The notes: generated by a model not told the origin, from the sequence alone. A stretch of 64,000 nucleotides of DNA from an uncultured cyanobacterium (GCA_963793425.1 CAWCAG010000005.1:1536001-1600000); one strand, 5' to 3'. Shown: positions 36,399-50,073, numbered from the stretch's first letter. Numbers and translations: made by a program.

Positions 36399-37919
36399 TT
36401 AAGCAGCAGCCAAGAAGGTTTGCTTATACTCTAAGATTGCTTCTTTAAGAAGACTTTCTGCTTCATCAGTCAATTTCTTCTCTGAAGCAATAATCTCAGT
36501 ATATTTGCCCTTGCTATTATTCAAATAATCTCGCATACCCTGAGCAAAGTTAGGGACTTTCTCCGGTTCAATATCATCAAGATAGCCATTTAAACCAGCG
36601 TAAACTACAGCCACCTGTTCTGCGACAGAAAGCGGATCATATTGGGGTTGTTTGAGGACTTGGCGCAGACGCTCTCCCCTAGCTAATTGTTGTTGGGTAG
36701 CTTCGTCAAGGTCAGAGGCAAATTGGGAGAAGGCTTCTAATTCAGCAAATTGAGCTAATTCTAACTTTAATTTACCAGCTACTTGCTTCATCGCTTTGGT
36801 TTGAGCGGCTGAACCAACCCTAGATACAGAAATACCCGCGTTAATAGCCGGACGGAAACCAGCGTTAAATAAATCCGAAGAGAGGAAGATTTGCCCGTCG
36901 GTAATAGAAATTACGTTGGTGGGAATGTAAGCGGAAACGTCCCCAGCTTGGGTTTCAATGATAGGCAGTGCTGTCATGCTACCTTCTCCTAACTCGTTAC
37001 TGAGCTTCGCTGCTCTTTCTAGTAAGCGAGAGTGGAGGTAAAATACATCCCCTGGGTAAGCTTCCCTTCCTGGTGGGCGACGTAGTAACAAAGACATCTG
37101 GCGGTAAGCTTGGGCTTGTTTAGAAAGGTCATCATAAACAACCAAAGTTGCCTTACCGTTGTACATAAAGTACTCAGCAATAGCGGCTCCGGTGTAGGGG
37201 GCTAGGTATTGTAGAGTTGCCGGATCGTTGGCATTTGCTGCCACAACCACGGTATAATCTAAAGCCCCTCTTTCTTCCAGCACCCCAGCTACTTGAGCTA
37301 CGGTAGAAGCTTTTTGACCAATAGCTACATAAACACAAATAACATCTTCTCCTTTTTGGTTGAGAATTGTGTCTACTGCTACTGCTGTTTTACCTGTTTG
37401 TCTGTCACCAATAATTAATTCTCGCTGTCCTCTACCAACAGGAATCATCGCGTCGATGGCGGTAATGCCTGTTTGCATTGGTTCGTAGACAGAACGACGT
37501 TCAATAATACCAGGAGCAGAGGATTCAATCAGGCGACTATCGGTAGCATTGATATCTCCTTTGCCATCAAGGGGGCGAGCTAAAGAATCAACTACCCGAC
37601 CAATTATGGCTTCTCCTACAGGAATTTGGGCAATTTTCCCGGTCGCTTTAACAGAGCTACCTTCTTGAATGTCGCGACCATTACCCATTAATACTGCGCC
37701 GACATTATCTTCTTCTAAGTTAAGAGCAATGCCGATAGTACCATCTTCAAATTCAAGTAATTCCCCTGCCATCGCTTTTTCTAAGCCATAGATACGGGCA
37801 ATACCATCACCAATTTGTAGAACTGTTCCTACATTGGCAACTTGAACTTCTTGGTCATAGCCTTCAATTTGTTGGCGAATAATATTACTAATTTCGTCTG
37901 GTCTAATGCTGGCAACCAT
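36399..37919 (-). CDS. atpA: ATP synthase F1 alpha subunit
   Basis: [38 protein letters not shown]. Confidence 0.99.
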   Translation of the reverse strand: MVASIRPDEISNIIRQQIEGYDQEVQVANVGTVLQIGDGIARIYGLEKAMAGELLEFEDGTIGIALNLEEDNVGAVLMGNGRDIQEGSSVKATGKIAQIPVGEAIIGRVVDSLARPLDGKGDINATDSRLIESSAPGIIERRSVYEPMQTGITAIDAMIPVGRGQRELIIGDRQTGKTAVAVDTILNQKGEDVICVYVAIGQKASTVAQVAGVLEERGALDYTVVVAANANDPATLQYLAPYTGAAIAEYFMYNGKATLVVYDDLSKQAQAYRQMSLLLRRPPGREAYPGDVFYLHSRLLERAAKLSNELGEGSMTALPIIETQAGDVSAYIPTNVISITDGQIFLSSDLFNAGFRPAINAGISVSRVGSAAQTKAMKQVAGKLKLELAQFAELEAFSQFASDLDEATQQQLARGERLRQVLKQPQYDPLSVAEQVAVVYAGLNGYLDDIEPEKVPNFAQGMRDYLNNSKGKYTEIIASEKKLTDEAESLLKEAILEYKQTFLAAA

Positions 37920-37989
37920 TTTTTTAGTTAATAACTTACTTGTTTGTGGTTAATTTATTTGTCATTGCTCTTGAGGAGACAATAACGAT

Positions 37990-38547
37990 TTAGTTAGGAC
38001 TAGTTAAGCGCATACTAATACGACGCAACTGCCCTCGAAGACTGGCATCAAGAACTTGGGAACCCACTTTAATAATTACCCCACCAATTAAGCTAGGGTC
38101 AATTTCCGTTTGTAGTTCTACAGAATCAGCACTAGTCATATTTTTAACTTTGTCAGTGACAGCATTTTTTTGCTCTTCGTTTAATTCCGCCGCCGAGGTT
38201 ACTGTAGCTAAGACAGTTCCTTTAAGCTGGCGTAATTTTTCTAAGTATTGCTGACAAATCTCTTCTAAAAAGACGATGCGTTTACGGTCTATAAGCAGCA
38301 TCAAAAAGCTTTTGAGGTAGTTGTTAGTATCTTCCCCCAAAACTTGATTTAAGACCGCTTTTTTATTATCTTCTTTAACAACCGGATTGCTTAAAAACCC
38401 ATTTAATTCTGATGATTCTTTAAGTAAGTTTTCTAAAGCTTTAATATCTTCCCCTAAGCTATCGACAAGATCATTATCTTTGGCTAGGGCCATCAAAGCT
38501 TCTGCATAAGGCTCAACAATTTTAGAGCTTAGTAAGCTGTTTTTCAT
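37990..38547 (-). CDS. atpH: ATP synthase F1 delta subunit (cyanobacterial atpD)
   Basis: PYAEAL, DPSLIGGVIIKVGSQVLDASLRGQL; operon position. Confidence 0.96.
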   Translation of the reverse strand: MKNSLLSSKIVEPYAEALMALAKDNDLVDSLGEDIKALENLLKESSELNGFLSNPVVKEDNKKAVLNQVLGEDTNNYLKSFLMLLIDRKRIVFLEEICQQYLEKLRQLKGTVLATVTSAAELNEEQKNAVTDKVKNMTSADSVELQTEIDPSLIGGVIIKVGSQVLDASLRGQLRRISMRLTSPN

Positions 38548-39098
38548 TAACTACCTCCTAGTTGAGCAATGCTACGGTCAATTAGTTTATGCTGGAGAGA
38601 ATCGTCATCGAGACGTTCTCTTAACTGTGACTCAACTCGCTCAACGGCTAAAGCAGCAACTTGCTGTTTTAACTGATCAATTGCCTTATCTCTTTCTGTG
38701 TTGACATCTTGAATCGCACCTTCTTTAATGCGCTCTACATCAACTTTAGCCTGAGCTAAGATACTTTCCTTGGCTTTTTTTGCACTTTCCTCTGCTGCTG
38801 CTTTAATGCGCTCTACTTCTGCTTGAGCCTGAGCTAATTTCTGCTGAGCATCAGCTAAAGCTGCGGCTGCTTCCTTGGCTTTGGTTTCTGCTTCAGTGAT
38901 TTCCGACTCTATTTCTGAGCGTCTTTCACTGAGAATGTTGCCTAAGAATTTACGACCAAAGAAATATAATACCCCGATAATAATTGCGAGGTTGAGCAAG
39001 TTAGTCTCTAAAATATCGAAATTCAGACCAAAGCTTTCTTCTGAGGCGACTTCTGCCGCCGCAGTAGCTAGGTATGAAAAATTCCCCATAATACCCAT
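38547..39098 (-). CDS. atpF: ATP synthase F0 subunit b
   Basis: FGLNFDILETNLLNLAII followed by coiled coil; operon position. Confidence 0.95.
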   Translation of the reverse strand: MGIMGNFSYLATAAAEVASEESFGLNFDILETNLLNLAIIIGVLYFFGRKFLGNILSERRSEIESEITEAETKAKEAAAALADAQQKLAQAQAEVERIKAAAEESAKKAKESILAQAKVDVERIKEGAIQDVNTERDKAIDQLKQQVAALAVERVESQLRERLDDDSLQHKLIDRSIAQLGGS

Positions 39099-39158
39099 CT
39101 ACCCCTGCACTTGTGATTACTTTAATAAATTTAGGTCTGTGTTAGCTAAGCCAATTGA

Positions 39159-39650
39159 CTAACTAACTAATTCAGGTGTTAACAGCTTTTCTAAGATTTG
39201 GCGACTTAAAGCGTCTACATCTTGTTCTAGGGTTTGCAATGCCTCTGCTTTTTGAGCTTGAATCTCTTGAGCAGCTTGTTCCCTTTCAGCTTGCACTGCC
39301 TGCTGTGCCTCTTGAATTTGTTTTGCCGCTACTTTTTGAGCCTCTTCTTGAGTAGAGGCAATATTTTCTTGAGATTTGCGACGCACGTCTCTTAACTCTT
39401 GCTCATACTGTTGAGTGAGAGTTTTGATTTTTCCTTGTCGCTCTCCTGCCTCTGATAATTTTTTGCGTATATAATCAGCCCGGCTATCAATTGCTTGCCC
39501 TAAAGGTTTATAAAAAACGACATTGAGCAAGGCTACTAAAATTAGGAACTGTACTGCCATGAGAGGTAAAGTGGCATCAAAATCAAAAAGCCCCCCTTCC
39601 GCCGTTGTTTCAACGGCTTCAGCAGCCAGTAAAGTTGTCCAATATATCAT
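39159..39650 (-). CDS. atpF2: ATP synthase F0 subunit b' (cyanobacterial atpG)
   Basis: [22 protein letters not shown] motif. Confidence 0.95.
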   Translation of the reverse strand: MIYWTTLLAAEAVETTAEGGLFDFDATLPLMAVQFLILVALLNVVFYKPLGQAIDSRADYIRKKLSEAGERQGKIKTLTQQYEQELRDVRRKSQENIASTQEEAQKVAAKQIQEAQQAVQAEREQAAQEIQAQKAEALQTLEQDVDALSRQILEKLLTPELVS

Positions 39651-39683
39651 TATCCCTTAGTTTTTGCTTCAAGCTGTATAATA

Positions 39684-39738
39684 AGCGGTCACTTGATTTG
39701 CTAGTGAGTTGATATATCTCTGAAATCAAATGACCGCT
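39684..39738 (-). promoter_or_regulatory. Intercistronic stem-loop 3' of the c-subunit gene
   Basis: AGCGGTCACTTGATTT...AAATCAAATGACCGCT, a 16-bp stem fully paired on the minus (mRNA) strand with one G.U pair. Confidence 0.7.
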
Positions 39739-39748
39739 GAGTAACGAT

Positions 39749-40009
<261 letters not shown>

Positions 40010-40106
40010 TTAATGAACTAAAACAATGAGTAAATCTCTGGAAATTTTTACTTCAATGAGTAAAATCACCAAGATTATGAGAATAAAGATTTAACGGAGA
40101 AACTAC

Positions 40107-40862
40107 CTAATCGTGTTCCTCTCCCCCATGGCCTTCCATTGCTTCTCCAATGTAAGCAGCAGCGAGGGTGGCGAAAATCAGTGCTTGAATGGCACTAGTA
40201 AATAGTCCTAAAGCCATTACTGGTAAAGGAATAAATAAAGGTACTAAGAGTACTAAAACTGCTACTACTAGCTCGTCTGCGAGGATGTTACCAAACAGAC
40301 GGAAACTTAAAGATAAAGGCTTAGTAAAATCTTCCAAAATATTAATTGGCAACAGTATTGGCGTTGGCTCAATATATTTGGCGAGATAACCCAAACCTCG
40401 CTTTTTAAAACCAGCGTAGAAATAAGCTAAAGAAGTAAGTAGAGCTAAGGCTACAGTGGTGTTGATGTCGTTGGTAGGAGCAGCTAATTCCCCTCCTGGT
40501 AGCTCAATTAGTTTCCAAGGTACTAAGGCCCCTAACCAGTTGGCTACAAAAATAAATAAGAATAAAGTTCCTACGAACGGAACCCAAGGGCGATACTCTT
40601 TTTCGCCAATCTGGTTTTTAGCCAGATCCCGCAGAAATTCCAAAGCATATTCCATAAAGTTTTGGAAACCTTGAGGGATTCTTTGGATATTCCTTGTGGC
40701 AGCCAATGAAGCAATTAATAGGAGGCCAATTACAATCCAGGAGGTGAGAAATACCTGACCGTGGACTTTTAAATTGCCGATTTCCCAATAAAAATGCTTG
40801 CCGACTTCTAATTCAGCGAGGGGGAAAGAATTGAGAATACTCCAACTATCTAAAATTTGCAT
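40107..40862 (-). CDS. atpB: ATP synthase F0 subunit a (cyanobacterial atpI)
   Basis: [35 protein letters not shown]. Confidence 0.98.
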   Translation of the reverse strand: MQILDSWSILNSFPLAELEVGKHFYWEIGNLKVHGQVFLTSWIVIGLLLIASLAATRNIQRIPQGFQNFMEYALEFLRDLAKNQIGEKEYRPWVPFVGTLFLFIFVANWLGALVPWKLIELPGGELAAPTNDINTTVALALLTSLAYFYAGFKKRGLGYLAKYIEPTPILLPINILEDFTKPLSLSFRLFGNILADELVVAVLVLLVPLFIPLPVMALGLFTSAIQALIFATLAAAYIGEAMEGHGGEEHD

Positions 40863-40952
40863 TCTTGTGAACTTGTTTCCCCAGATATCAAAACGTTTGT
40901 ATCAAGGATTTCTTTAGTAACCGCATGATTAAGCTTTATAAGCAACTGCTTT

Positions 40953-41375
40953 TTACTTCTGCTCTGGCAAAAGTGTTGTTTGCAGTACATAGGCGATAAT
41001 TGCGGCTTTATAGGTCATAAATCCAAGAAAGATGGGTAGAACCTGTAGTTGTTGCCACTGGGTAGCAACGACGATTAGCCCAATGAAAAGCGCTATTCGG
41101 CTAGAACCAAGACGCTGTGAGCCTCCTGATCCTATTCTCTCAACTTTTTTGCCCAATAGCCTTAAATAAACTACCCCGACACAAGCTCCAATTAAGTAAT
41201 TTAGAGCGATGTTTAAGGAGTAAAAGTACCAGACAAATAAGCAAATAATTCCGGTAAAACCTAGAGTTATTAGCAGTAATGTCTGTAGCAGTCGATAATA
41301 CTCTCGCATGGAATTTGCTGAGATATCATCTTCTGGGGCTGAGTTTGTTTCGAGAGTTTGATTAGACGGATTCAC
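40953..41375 (-). CDS. atp1: ATP synthase protein I (Atp1)
   Basis: SMREYYRL, NYLIGAC, FLGFMTYKAA; first gene of the operon. Confidence 0.9.
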   Translation of the reverse strand: MNPSNQTLETNSAPEDDISANSMREYYRLLQTLLLITLGFTGIICLFVWYFYSLNIALNYLIGACVGVVYLRLLGKKVERIGSGGSQRLGSSRIALFIGLIVVATQWQQLQVLPIFLGFMTYKAAIIAYVLQTTLLPEQK

Positions 41376-41509
41376 GCTCTATTTGCGCTTAGGCTAGTCC
41401 AGATTTTACGGCTCGATTAGAACACGAACCAGCAGCAATAATATCACGATATAGTGACAATTCTTAAATATTTGTGAAATAAAAGTTACGAGTTTAGGGG
41501 GGTTGCTAG

Positions 41510-42685
41510 TTAAATACCAAGAAGAACGAGTTGTCTTTTTTGAAGCGATCGCACTCCTTCTAAGCTTAGGGAGACTTGGCTTAAGATGTCTTCGACACTT
41601 TTATTTTCATCACAGCCTTGAAGAAATTCAAATTCCTCGGCTGATAATTGTGCCATTTGGTAGTTGTGGTTAAGGATGTTTTGGCTAGGCCAACCATTCA
41701 TACAGGGGTTTCTTTGGGGGATGACTGATTTGAGTAAAGAGTCATTAGACCAATCTACTTTTTCTAAGGGGGATTTAGCTAAGAAAAATTCGTAGTGAGT
41801 AATTTCGGGGTCTAACCTCTCAATCAATTGATAGCGCTCCATAGCACTTAATTTTTCTGCCCTAGCCATCAAATCAGGGGATTTCCCTAACAATCTCTCT
41901 AAGTCCCAATATTCAGGGTTAGAAAAGCCAACAAACTCTAAATCAGAAGCTTCGATCAATTCAAAAAGGTTTTCTAAGCGATAATCTGTTTCTTGGGGAT
42001 GAAGGTACATATCAGCAAAACATTCATCTTTGAAGTTTTCCATGGCCCAGCGTTCTTTTTCTCGCTGCACTAAACGATTATTTTCCGGCAGGTTGGCAAA
42101 AACTTCTCGCCCAACCTGAACTCCATCCTGATAATCTCCTTTTTTATTCCCTTGAAGCAAGGTGATCGCTTCTTGCATTAAGGTGATTTCCCAACGTCCT
42201 AACTCAGCGTAAACAAAGATATGTAACAAGCCGCCGGGGGCTAATTTTCGAGCGATCGCCGCAATACCTTTATGAGGGTCTGGCAGATGGTGTAAAACCC
42301 CCACGCAATTAATCAACTCAAATTCCCCTGGTAGTTGAGTCGCATCTTCAAGATTAAGCTGCTGAAATTCTACTCCTTTAGTTCCGGAACGACGACAGCG
42401 CTCTTTCGCCACAGCTAAAGCTCCTTCACTTAAGTCTATGGCAACTACCTCCGCTTCTGGATTGAGGTGAACCAGGTACTCCGTACCAACACCCGTACCG
42501 CAACCTGCATCTAAAATGCGAATTTTAGAATGATCAGGCTTACGTCCTGCACAAAAGTTATAGGCAGTTAACCACTTCCAGCGCCAGTTATAACCAGGAG
42601 GTGGTTCATCGATTAAAGGGTCAGGGGGAAAAGGATAAGTGTCGTAAAGTTTCTTAACCGCCTCGCGCTGAGTAGTTTCATTCAT
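41510..42685 (-). CDS. Class I SAM-dependent methyltransferase
   Basis: LYDTYPFPP, ILDAGCGTG, IDLS, CVGVLHHL. Confidence 0.9.
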   Translation of the reverse strand: MNETTQREAVKKLYDTYPFPPDPLIDEPPPGYNWRWKWLTAYNFCAGRKPDHSKIRILDAGCGTGVGTEYLVHLNPEAEVVAIDLSEGALAVAKERCRRSGTKGVEFQQLNLEDATQLPGEFELINCVGVLHHLPDPHKGIAAIARKLAPGGLLHIFVYAELGRWEITLMQEAITLLQGNKKGDYQDGVQVGREVFANLPENNRLVQREKERWAMENFKDECFADMYLHPQETDYRLENLFELIEASDLEFVGFSNPEYWDLERLLGKSPDLMARAEKLSAMERYQLIERLDPEITHYEFFLAKSPLEKVDWSNDSLLKSVIPQRNPCMNGWPSQNILNHNYQMAQLSAEEFEFLQGCDENKSVEDILSQVSLSLEGVRSLQKRQLVLLGI

Positions 42686-42929
42686 TGGTTAAATTAGATA
42701 GTGAAGAGTGGGCAGTAGAAAGTAGGGAGCTAGTAGTAAAAGTTTATTAAGTCTGAACCATATATTTTTAGCGATAAGTAATTTTTCTACCCAATAAACA
42801 ACATACTTCTTAACAAAGCCCCTCAGTAAGCACGAAAAGTTTTAATCTAAAAGCTGACTACAGTGCTGACTTAAACATTAAACATATCGTTTTTAGCAAA
42901 TTGTCCGGAGAATTTCTCTTCCTTCATAA

Positions 42930-45743
<2,814 letters not shown>

Positions 45744-45769
45744 TTTGTAATCTTTAAGCTTTGAATTAG

Positions 45770-45806
45770 AAATAGGGACGAAGTTTATTCTTCGTCCCTA
45801 TTTTTT
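45770..45806 (+). terminator. Intrinsic terminator of apcE
   Basis: AAATAGGGACGAAG-TTTATT-CTTCGTCCCTATTTTTT. Confidence 0.92.
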
Positions 45807-46218
45807 AAGGTAGAGGTGTTCCTGGTATTGCTATATATGATAAGTTTTAGTTGGGTTAAGCTAGCTTAGCTATTAAATATCTTGAATTTACATAACTTCA
45901 ACTTTACAAATGTCAAGCCCAAAAATTTGCTTTAAATGACGCATTTGTGTGGTTTTATGGGATAATTGAAAAAATCATACTAGTATTTTTGTGGTCAAAA
46001 ATAAAAGTAAAACGCTACAAGCTCGCTAAATCGTTGGTAAAGTCAATATTTACTCTCAAAATTTTATCTTTTTGAAGTGTATGAATGCACAAATTTTGAG
46101 AGGATTTTAAAAGTTTTTTTGACAAAAATGGCAACTTAATGTATGAAGTACCTTTTTCTTATAGTAGTTTGAAAGTTTCAGAAGAAGCAACAATAATCTC
46201 TATCGATTCTCAACTCAT

Positions 46219-46398
46219 CTAATCAACTACTTGTAAAATTCCATGACGTACACCGTAGAAAACTCTTTCAATTAAAGTTTTGTCTTCATCCGGCAGATTA
46301 TCTTCATGCAACAAAGAAGACATTAACTGCTTTTCGGGGAGGGAAATACGGCGAGAAGATAAAACTCTGGCAACTAATTCTTGGATATCAATTCTCAT
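46219..46398 (-). CDS. Small 59-aa hypothetical protein (not in ORF track)
   Basis: Translated by hand: MRIDIQELVARVLSSRRISLPEKQLMSSLLHEDNLPDEDKTLIERVFYGVRHGILQVVD*. Resembles small cyanobacterial helical proteins ending G.L.VVD. Confidence 0.72.
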   Translation of the reverse strand: MRIDIQELVARVLSSRRISLPEKQLMSSLLHEDNLPDEDKTLIERVFYGVRHGILQVVD

Positions 46399-46598
46399 TT
46401 TGTTTAGCTTGTTTGTTTGTCATTTACTACTATCTACTTTTTGCCGTTACATATCCGCGATCGCAACTACGTATTCTAGGTGACAATTTTCTTGAATATC
46501 TGTGATTTAGATCGCTGTTTCCTTTGATGCCTCAATAATTTTCCTCTTGTTAGTATTAACAATTACTTGCTTTTATTTAATAAGCCTAAGTAAGGAAA

Positions 46599-47759
46599 TC
46601 AAACTTTAATAAACCAACGTTGACGATACATAAAATAGAGAATTAACCACCAAAATGCTACGCTAACCAAGGCAAATAACAAAGAGCCATTAATTTCTCC
46701 TGCCCAAGAAGCAAAGAAAGTTTCATAAATCCAAGCATAGGTAGTTGGTGCATCTTCTCCAGAACCAACATTAGTACGGTAGAGAATGCGAACGATAAAA
46801 CCAGAGAGAACAAAAATAAAAATTGCATTCATTCCCATAACTTTAAAAGGAAAACTCCAGGAACGAATATTTCTCACTTCAATTAATTCATAGCAAGCTG
46901 CGAGTAGAAGTGAAGCCCAACCTGCGCTATATAAAACATAAGAACTAGTCCATAATTGTTTATTGAGAGGAAAAACTAATCCCCAAAACCAGCCTATAAA
47001 TAAGGCAGCAATACCAAATAGCACTAAACCAATAGTAGTGCGAGATTTAATGGGTTGATGACGTATCCAATCTCCAGCAAAGTAGCCTAACCAAACTGTT
47101 ACGATAGCAGGGAGAGTACTAAATAGTCCTTCAGGATCAAAACCATTGATATAGAGATGTTTTGTACCTAGAACCAGGCGATCAATATAAGTAGCTAAGT
47201 TCCCTTCCAAACTCAAATTTCCTGCACCATAATTGGGTACAGGAATTAGCATCATTGCCCCCCAATAGCCTAAAAGAATTACCCCTGATAAAATCCACAG
47301 AGCCTTTTTGTTTAAATTTAGTACAGCGATTCCAGCGAAGAAGTAAGCTAAACTAATACGCTGTAAAACCCCCATAATACGCAGGTTGGCTAACTCGCTA
47401 AGGGATTCTCCTTTAAAAAGAGCATTCATGACTAAAGAAGAAGCATTAAGAAACAAACCTAAAGCAAAAAGAATTAAACAACGTTTCAAGAGGCGCAAGT
47501 AGACTTCTTGAGGCGGTTTTTCCTCTTTAATGTATTTAGCTAAGGAAAATGCTATTGATGTTCCAGCGATGAAAAGAAAGGCAGGAAAGACAAAATCTGT
47601 AGGGGTAAAACCATGCCATTCTGCATGAAGCAAAGGGGCATAAACGTGTTCCCAACTGCCGGGATTATTAACCAAAATCATCCCCGCGATCGCCATACCT
47701 CGAAAAACATCAATTGAGGTGAGGCGTTGGGTTTTTTGGAGGTTTGACTTATCATTCAT
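46599..47759 (-). CDS. Heparan-alpha-glucosaminide N-acetyltransferase-like (NagX/DUF5009) membrane acyltransferase
   Basis: RLTSIDVFRG..MILVNNPG, LLHAEWHG, DFVFPAFLF, GVLQRI, DPEG, NKQLWTSSY. Confidence 0.9.
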   Translation of the reverse strand: MNDKSNLQKTQRLTSIDVFRGMAIAGMILVNNPGSWEHVYAPLLHAEWHGFTPTDFVFPAFLFIAGTSIAFSLAKYIKEEKPPQEVYLRLLKRCLILFALGLFLNASSLVMNALFKGESLSELANLRIMGVLQRISLAYFFAGIAVLNLNKKALWILSGVILLGYWGAMMLIPVPNYGAGNLSLEGNLATYIDRLVLGTKHLYINGFDPEGLFSTLPAIVTVWLGYFAGDWIRHQPIKSRTTIGLVLFGIAALFIGWFWGLVFPLNKQLWTSSYVLYSAGWASLLLAACYELIEVRNIRSWSFPFKVMGMNAIFIFVLSGFIVRILYRTNVGSGEDAPTTYAWIYETFFASWAGEINGSLLFALVSVAFWWLILYFMYRQRWFIKV

Positions 47760-47807
47760 GCTAAAAGTTGCTTCTGAATAAGCTACATACTAACTCTCTA
47801 GTTGATA

Positions 47808-48106
47808 ATGAGTAAGTTTCGTAGCAAAAAACAAGCTTTTGGACATCCAGGTATTGAATCTCGTTGGACTCATGGTAGCAAGCAAGGAATCGGTACAGCT
47901 TATTCCATTTTTAGTAATGCTTGGCTTACATTGGTCAAAGGATGGAGGGGAAAATAAAACAAGAAACCTAAGCAACAGCCACATCTTTGGAGATTTATTA
48001 TGTTGATATTGCGATCGCAGCAGATTGGCAAGGGCATATTTCCTTTACTTTCTTAGATTTACCTGGGGGAGAAGAAGAAAGTTATTCTGTAGCGATCGCC
48101 GTTTAA
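47808..48106 (+). pseudogene. Internally deleted glucoamylase (GH15 / glucodextranase-like) relic
   Basis: N-terminal fragment AFGHPGIESRWTHGSKQGIGTAYS..AWLTL joined to a C-terminal-like fragment LHWSKDG..QET*ATATSLEIYYVDIAI..ISFTF..YSVAIAV*, with frameshifts and an internal stop. Confidence 0.68.
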
Positions 48107-48140
48107 TTAAGAAAATCCCAAGATAAAGATTTATCCAAAA

Positions 48141-48179
48141 GCTAGTTGCTAGTTGCTAGTTGCTAGTTGCTAGTTGCTA
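48141..48179. repeat. Heptamer tandem repeat (GCTAGTT)x5
   Basis: Read directly. Confidence 0.93.
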
Positions 48180-48220
48180 AAATCTCAGACTTCAAAGGAT
48201 ATTTTGTTTTTTGGAATGTT

Positions 48221-49156
48221 CTAAGAGCCTCTTAACTCCTTTAATTTCCTATCAGCTACCTCTTGCTCATACTTAATTGCTTTAATACGAGAAGGAGGTA
48301 ATTGTTGTTCATTAGCTAAAGCAGTTTCAAAATCTTCAAGAGCTTTTTCTAACAAAGAGATATCTTGCTTATTTTTCCCTAATTTATAAAAGATTTGTCC
48401 GCGCAAATAAACAACCTCTCGATTATCAGGTATCGCTTTTAAAGATTGCTCAACATAACCTAAGCCTTTCTCATAATATTCAATTGCTTTGGCAGGATTG
48501 TCATCTTCCTTTTTATTACCTAAATCACGATAAGCAACAGCAATACCATGATTAACTAAAAATTCTGGTGCGGCTTTATTTTTAAACTTATCTATAGCTT
48601 GTTCGGCATTAGAAAATGGTAAATTAACTGCCAGCAAAAGTTCCATATAACCCTTCAACATATTCATTTCTGGATCGTTGGGGTCAATTGCTTCTGCTTT
48701 ATCGAGGTATTCAAAGACTTTTTGTAACTTAGTTACAGCGCCAATCGGACCATCATTTTTATATTGATAGGCTCCTTCTAAAAAATGCCCCACAGCTAAA
48801 TAAAGATTGCCTCGTAGAGAATCTTCATCTGTATCTACTAAATTATCTGCTGCTTGGATAGTTTTACTAGCATAACTATTCATAGTAGATAAGTCTTCGT
48901 TCATAAAAGCTAAAGCAGCTCTTAAAGCATAAACTAAAGGCTCATCAGGATCACTTTTTTCAGCTTCTTGTAAATCTTGAATTGCTTCTTGATATTTCCC
49001 TTCTCGAAACAAAGTATCAAAAGCTTCCTCTGTCTCATCTCCCATATTATAAGGGTTACCAGGGCGGAAAGGATCTCCTGCTGAGACTGGATTACTAAAA
49101 AGGGTGAGAGCGACAATTAAAGAACTAGCAAATGTAAAAGATTTTCGTGTGGACAT
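48221..49156 (-). CDS. Secreted TPR protein, Sll0314/Alr1548-like
   Basis: Signal peptide then AGDPFR; LRGNLYLAVGHFLEGAY; DPEMNMLKGYMELLLAVNLPF; helical repeats. Confidence 0.8.
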   Translation of the reverse strand: MSTRKSFTFASSLIVALTLFSNPVSAGDPFRPGNPYNMGDETEEAFDTLFREGKYQEAIQDLQEAEKSDPDEPLVYALRAALAFMNEDLSTMNSYASKTIQAADNLVDTDEDSLRGNLYLAVGHFLEGAYQYKNDGPIGAVTKLQKVFEYLDKAEAIDPNDPEMNMLKGYMELLLAVNLPFSNAEQAIDKFKNKAAPEFLVNHGIAVAYRDLGNKKEDDNPAKAIEYYEKGLGYVEQSLKAIPDNREVVYLRGQIFYKLGKNKQDISLLEKALEDFETALANEQQLPPSRIKAIKYEQEVADRKLKELRGS

Positions 49157-49353
49157 AATTGATTTGTTTCGTAAGTTAATTAGTTGAAGAAATTAGTTAA
49201 AAAGGTAAATTATCAGCATTTTTTCTGCTCTTTAGCTAAGAAAACAGATTACCTCCCTATTTTAGTTAATTTCCTACAGGATTTGACGCAACCCTCAATC
49301 TGCTAGTTCCAAAGGCATTTACCTTACCAAAAGCATATTCAATTGTGTTAATT

Positions 49354-49378
49354 TGTACGAATTGCCGTCGCCCTAGGC
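49354..49378 (+). repeat. Short dispersed repeat (SDR-like), degenerate copy
   Basis: TGTACGAATTGCCGTCGCCCTAGGC followed by CTGATCA/CTGATAA heptamers. Confidence 0.55.
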
Positions 49379-49404
49379 TTAGCTGATCACTGATAACTGA
49401 AGAA

Positions 49405-50073
49405 ATGCTTTATCTTAAAAATCTGGTATATCATCCCCCGGCGACTGCCCTTCCTATTCTCAAAGGCATTAATCTAGAATTAGCCCCCCAGGAATTAGGT
49501 TTGATTGTCGGTAAAAGTGGCTCTGGGAAAACCACTTTATTAGAAATTTTGGCAGGATTAGCAGAGAAAACCAGAGGCGGAATTTTCTGGCAAGACCAAG
49601 AGTTAACATCTTTAGATTTACAATACTTAGGGGGTTTGGTTTTCCAGTTTCCCGAAAGACATTTTTGCGGCAGCACTATTTTAGAAGAATTGCGGATCGG
49701 CCATCCTGAATTGCGTTTTCAACAGGTTAGGGAAGCTTTGCAGGAGGTGGGTTTACAACATCTTCCTTACGCAAATTCTCCCAATGCTTTGAGCGGAGGG
49801 CAGCAGCGCCGTCTCGCTTTAGCAGTACAATTAGTACGTCAACCTAATCTTTTGATGTTAGACGAACCCACAGCAGGTTTAGATTGGTCAATGCGACAAC
49901 AACTGGCTAATTTATTGGCTAAGCTGAAAAATCACTGGACTTTATTAGTTGTTACCCACGATCCGGGAGAATTAGCTAAGATTGCCGATCGTTGTTGGTT
50001 AATTGAGGAAGGAGAATTGGAAAGTGTCGAAGCTGATAGTTTGGTGAGGAAGAAGGTTCAAATAGTTGGCTGA
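49405..50073 (+). CDS. ABC ATP-binding protein, ECF/CbiO-like
   Basis: GKSGSGKT, VFQFPERHF, LSGGQQRR, LDEPTAGLD, VTHD. Confidence 0.9.
   Translation: MLYLKNLVYHPPATALPILKGINLELAPQELGLIVGKSGSGKTTLLEILAGLAEKTRGGIFWQDQELTSLDLQYLGGLVFQFPERHFCGSTILEELRIGHPELRFQQVREALQEVGLQHLPYANSPNALSGGQQRRLALAVQLVRQPNLLMLDEPTAGLDWSMRQQLANLLAKLKNHWTLLVVTHDPGELAKIADRCWLIEEGELESVEADSLVRKKVQIVG

Noticed and set aside
45880..45912. Two TTTACA(T/A)A half-sites as an RpaB HLR1 motif
   Set aside because: Spacing is 16 nt rather than the 10-nt period of HLR1
46280..46483. 67-aa plus-strand track ORF
   Set aside because: Better explained as the antisense of the 59-aa minus-strand gene at 46219-46398
47790..47984. 64-aa minus-strand track ORF
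   Set aside because: Antisense to the glucoamylase-like relic on plus
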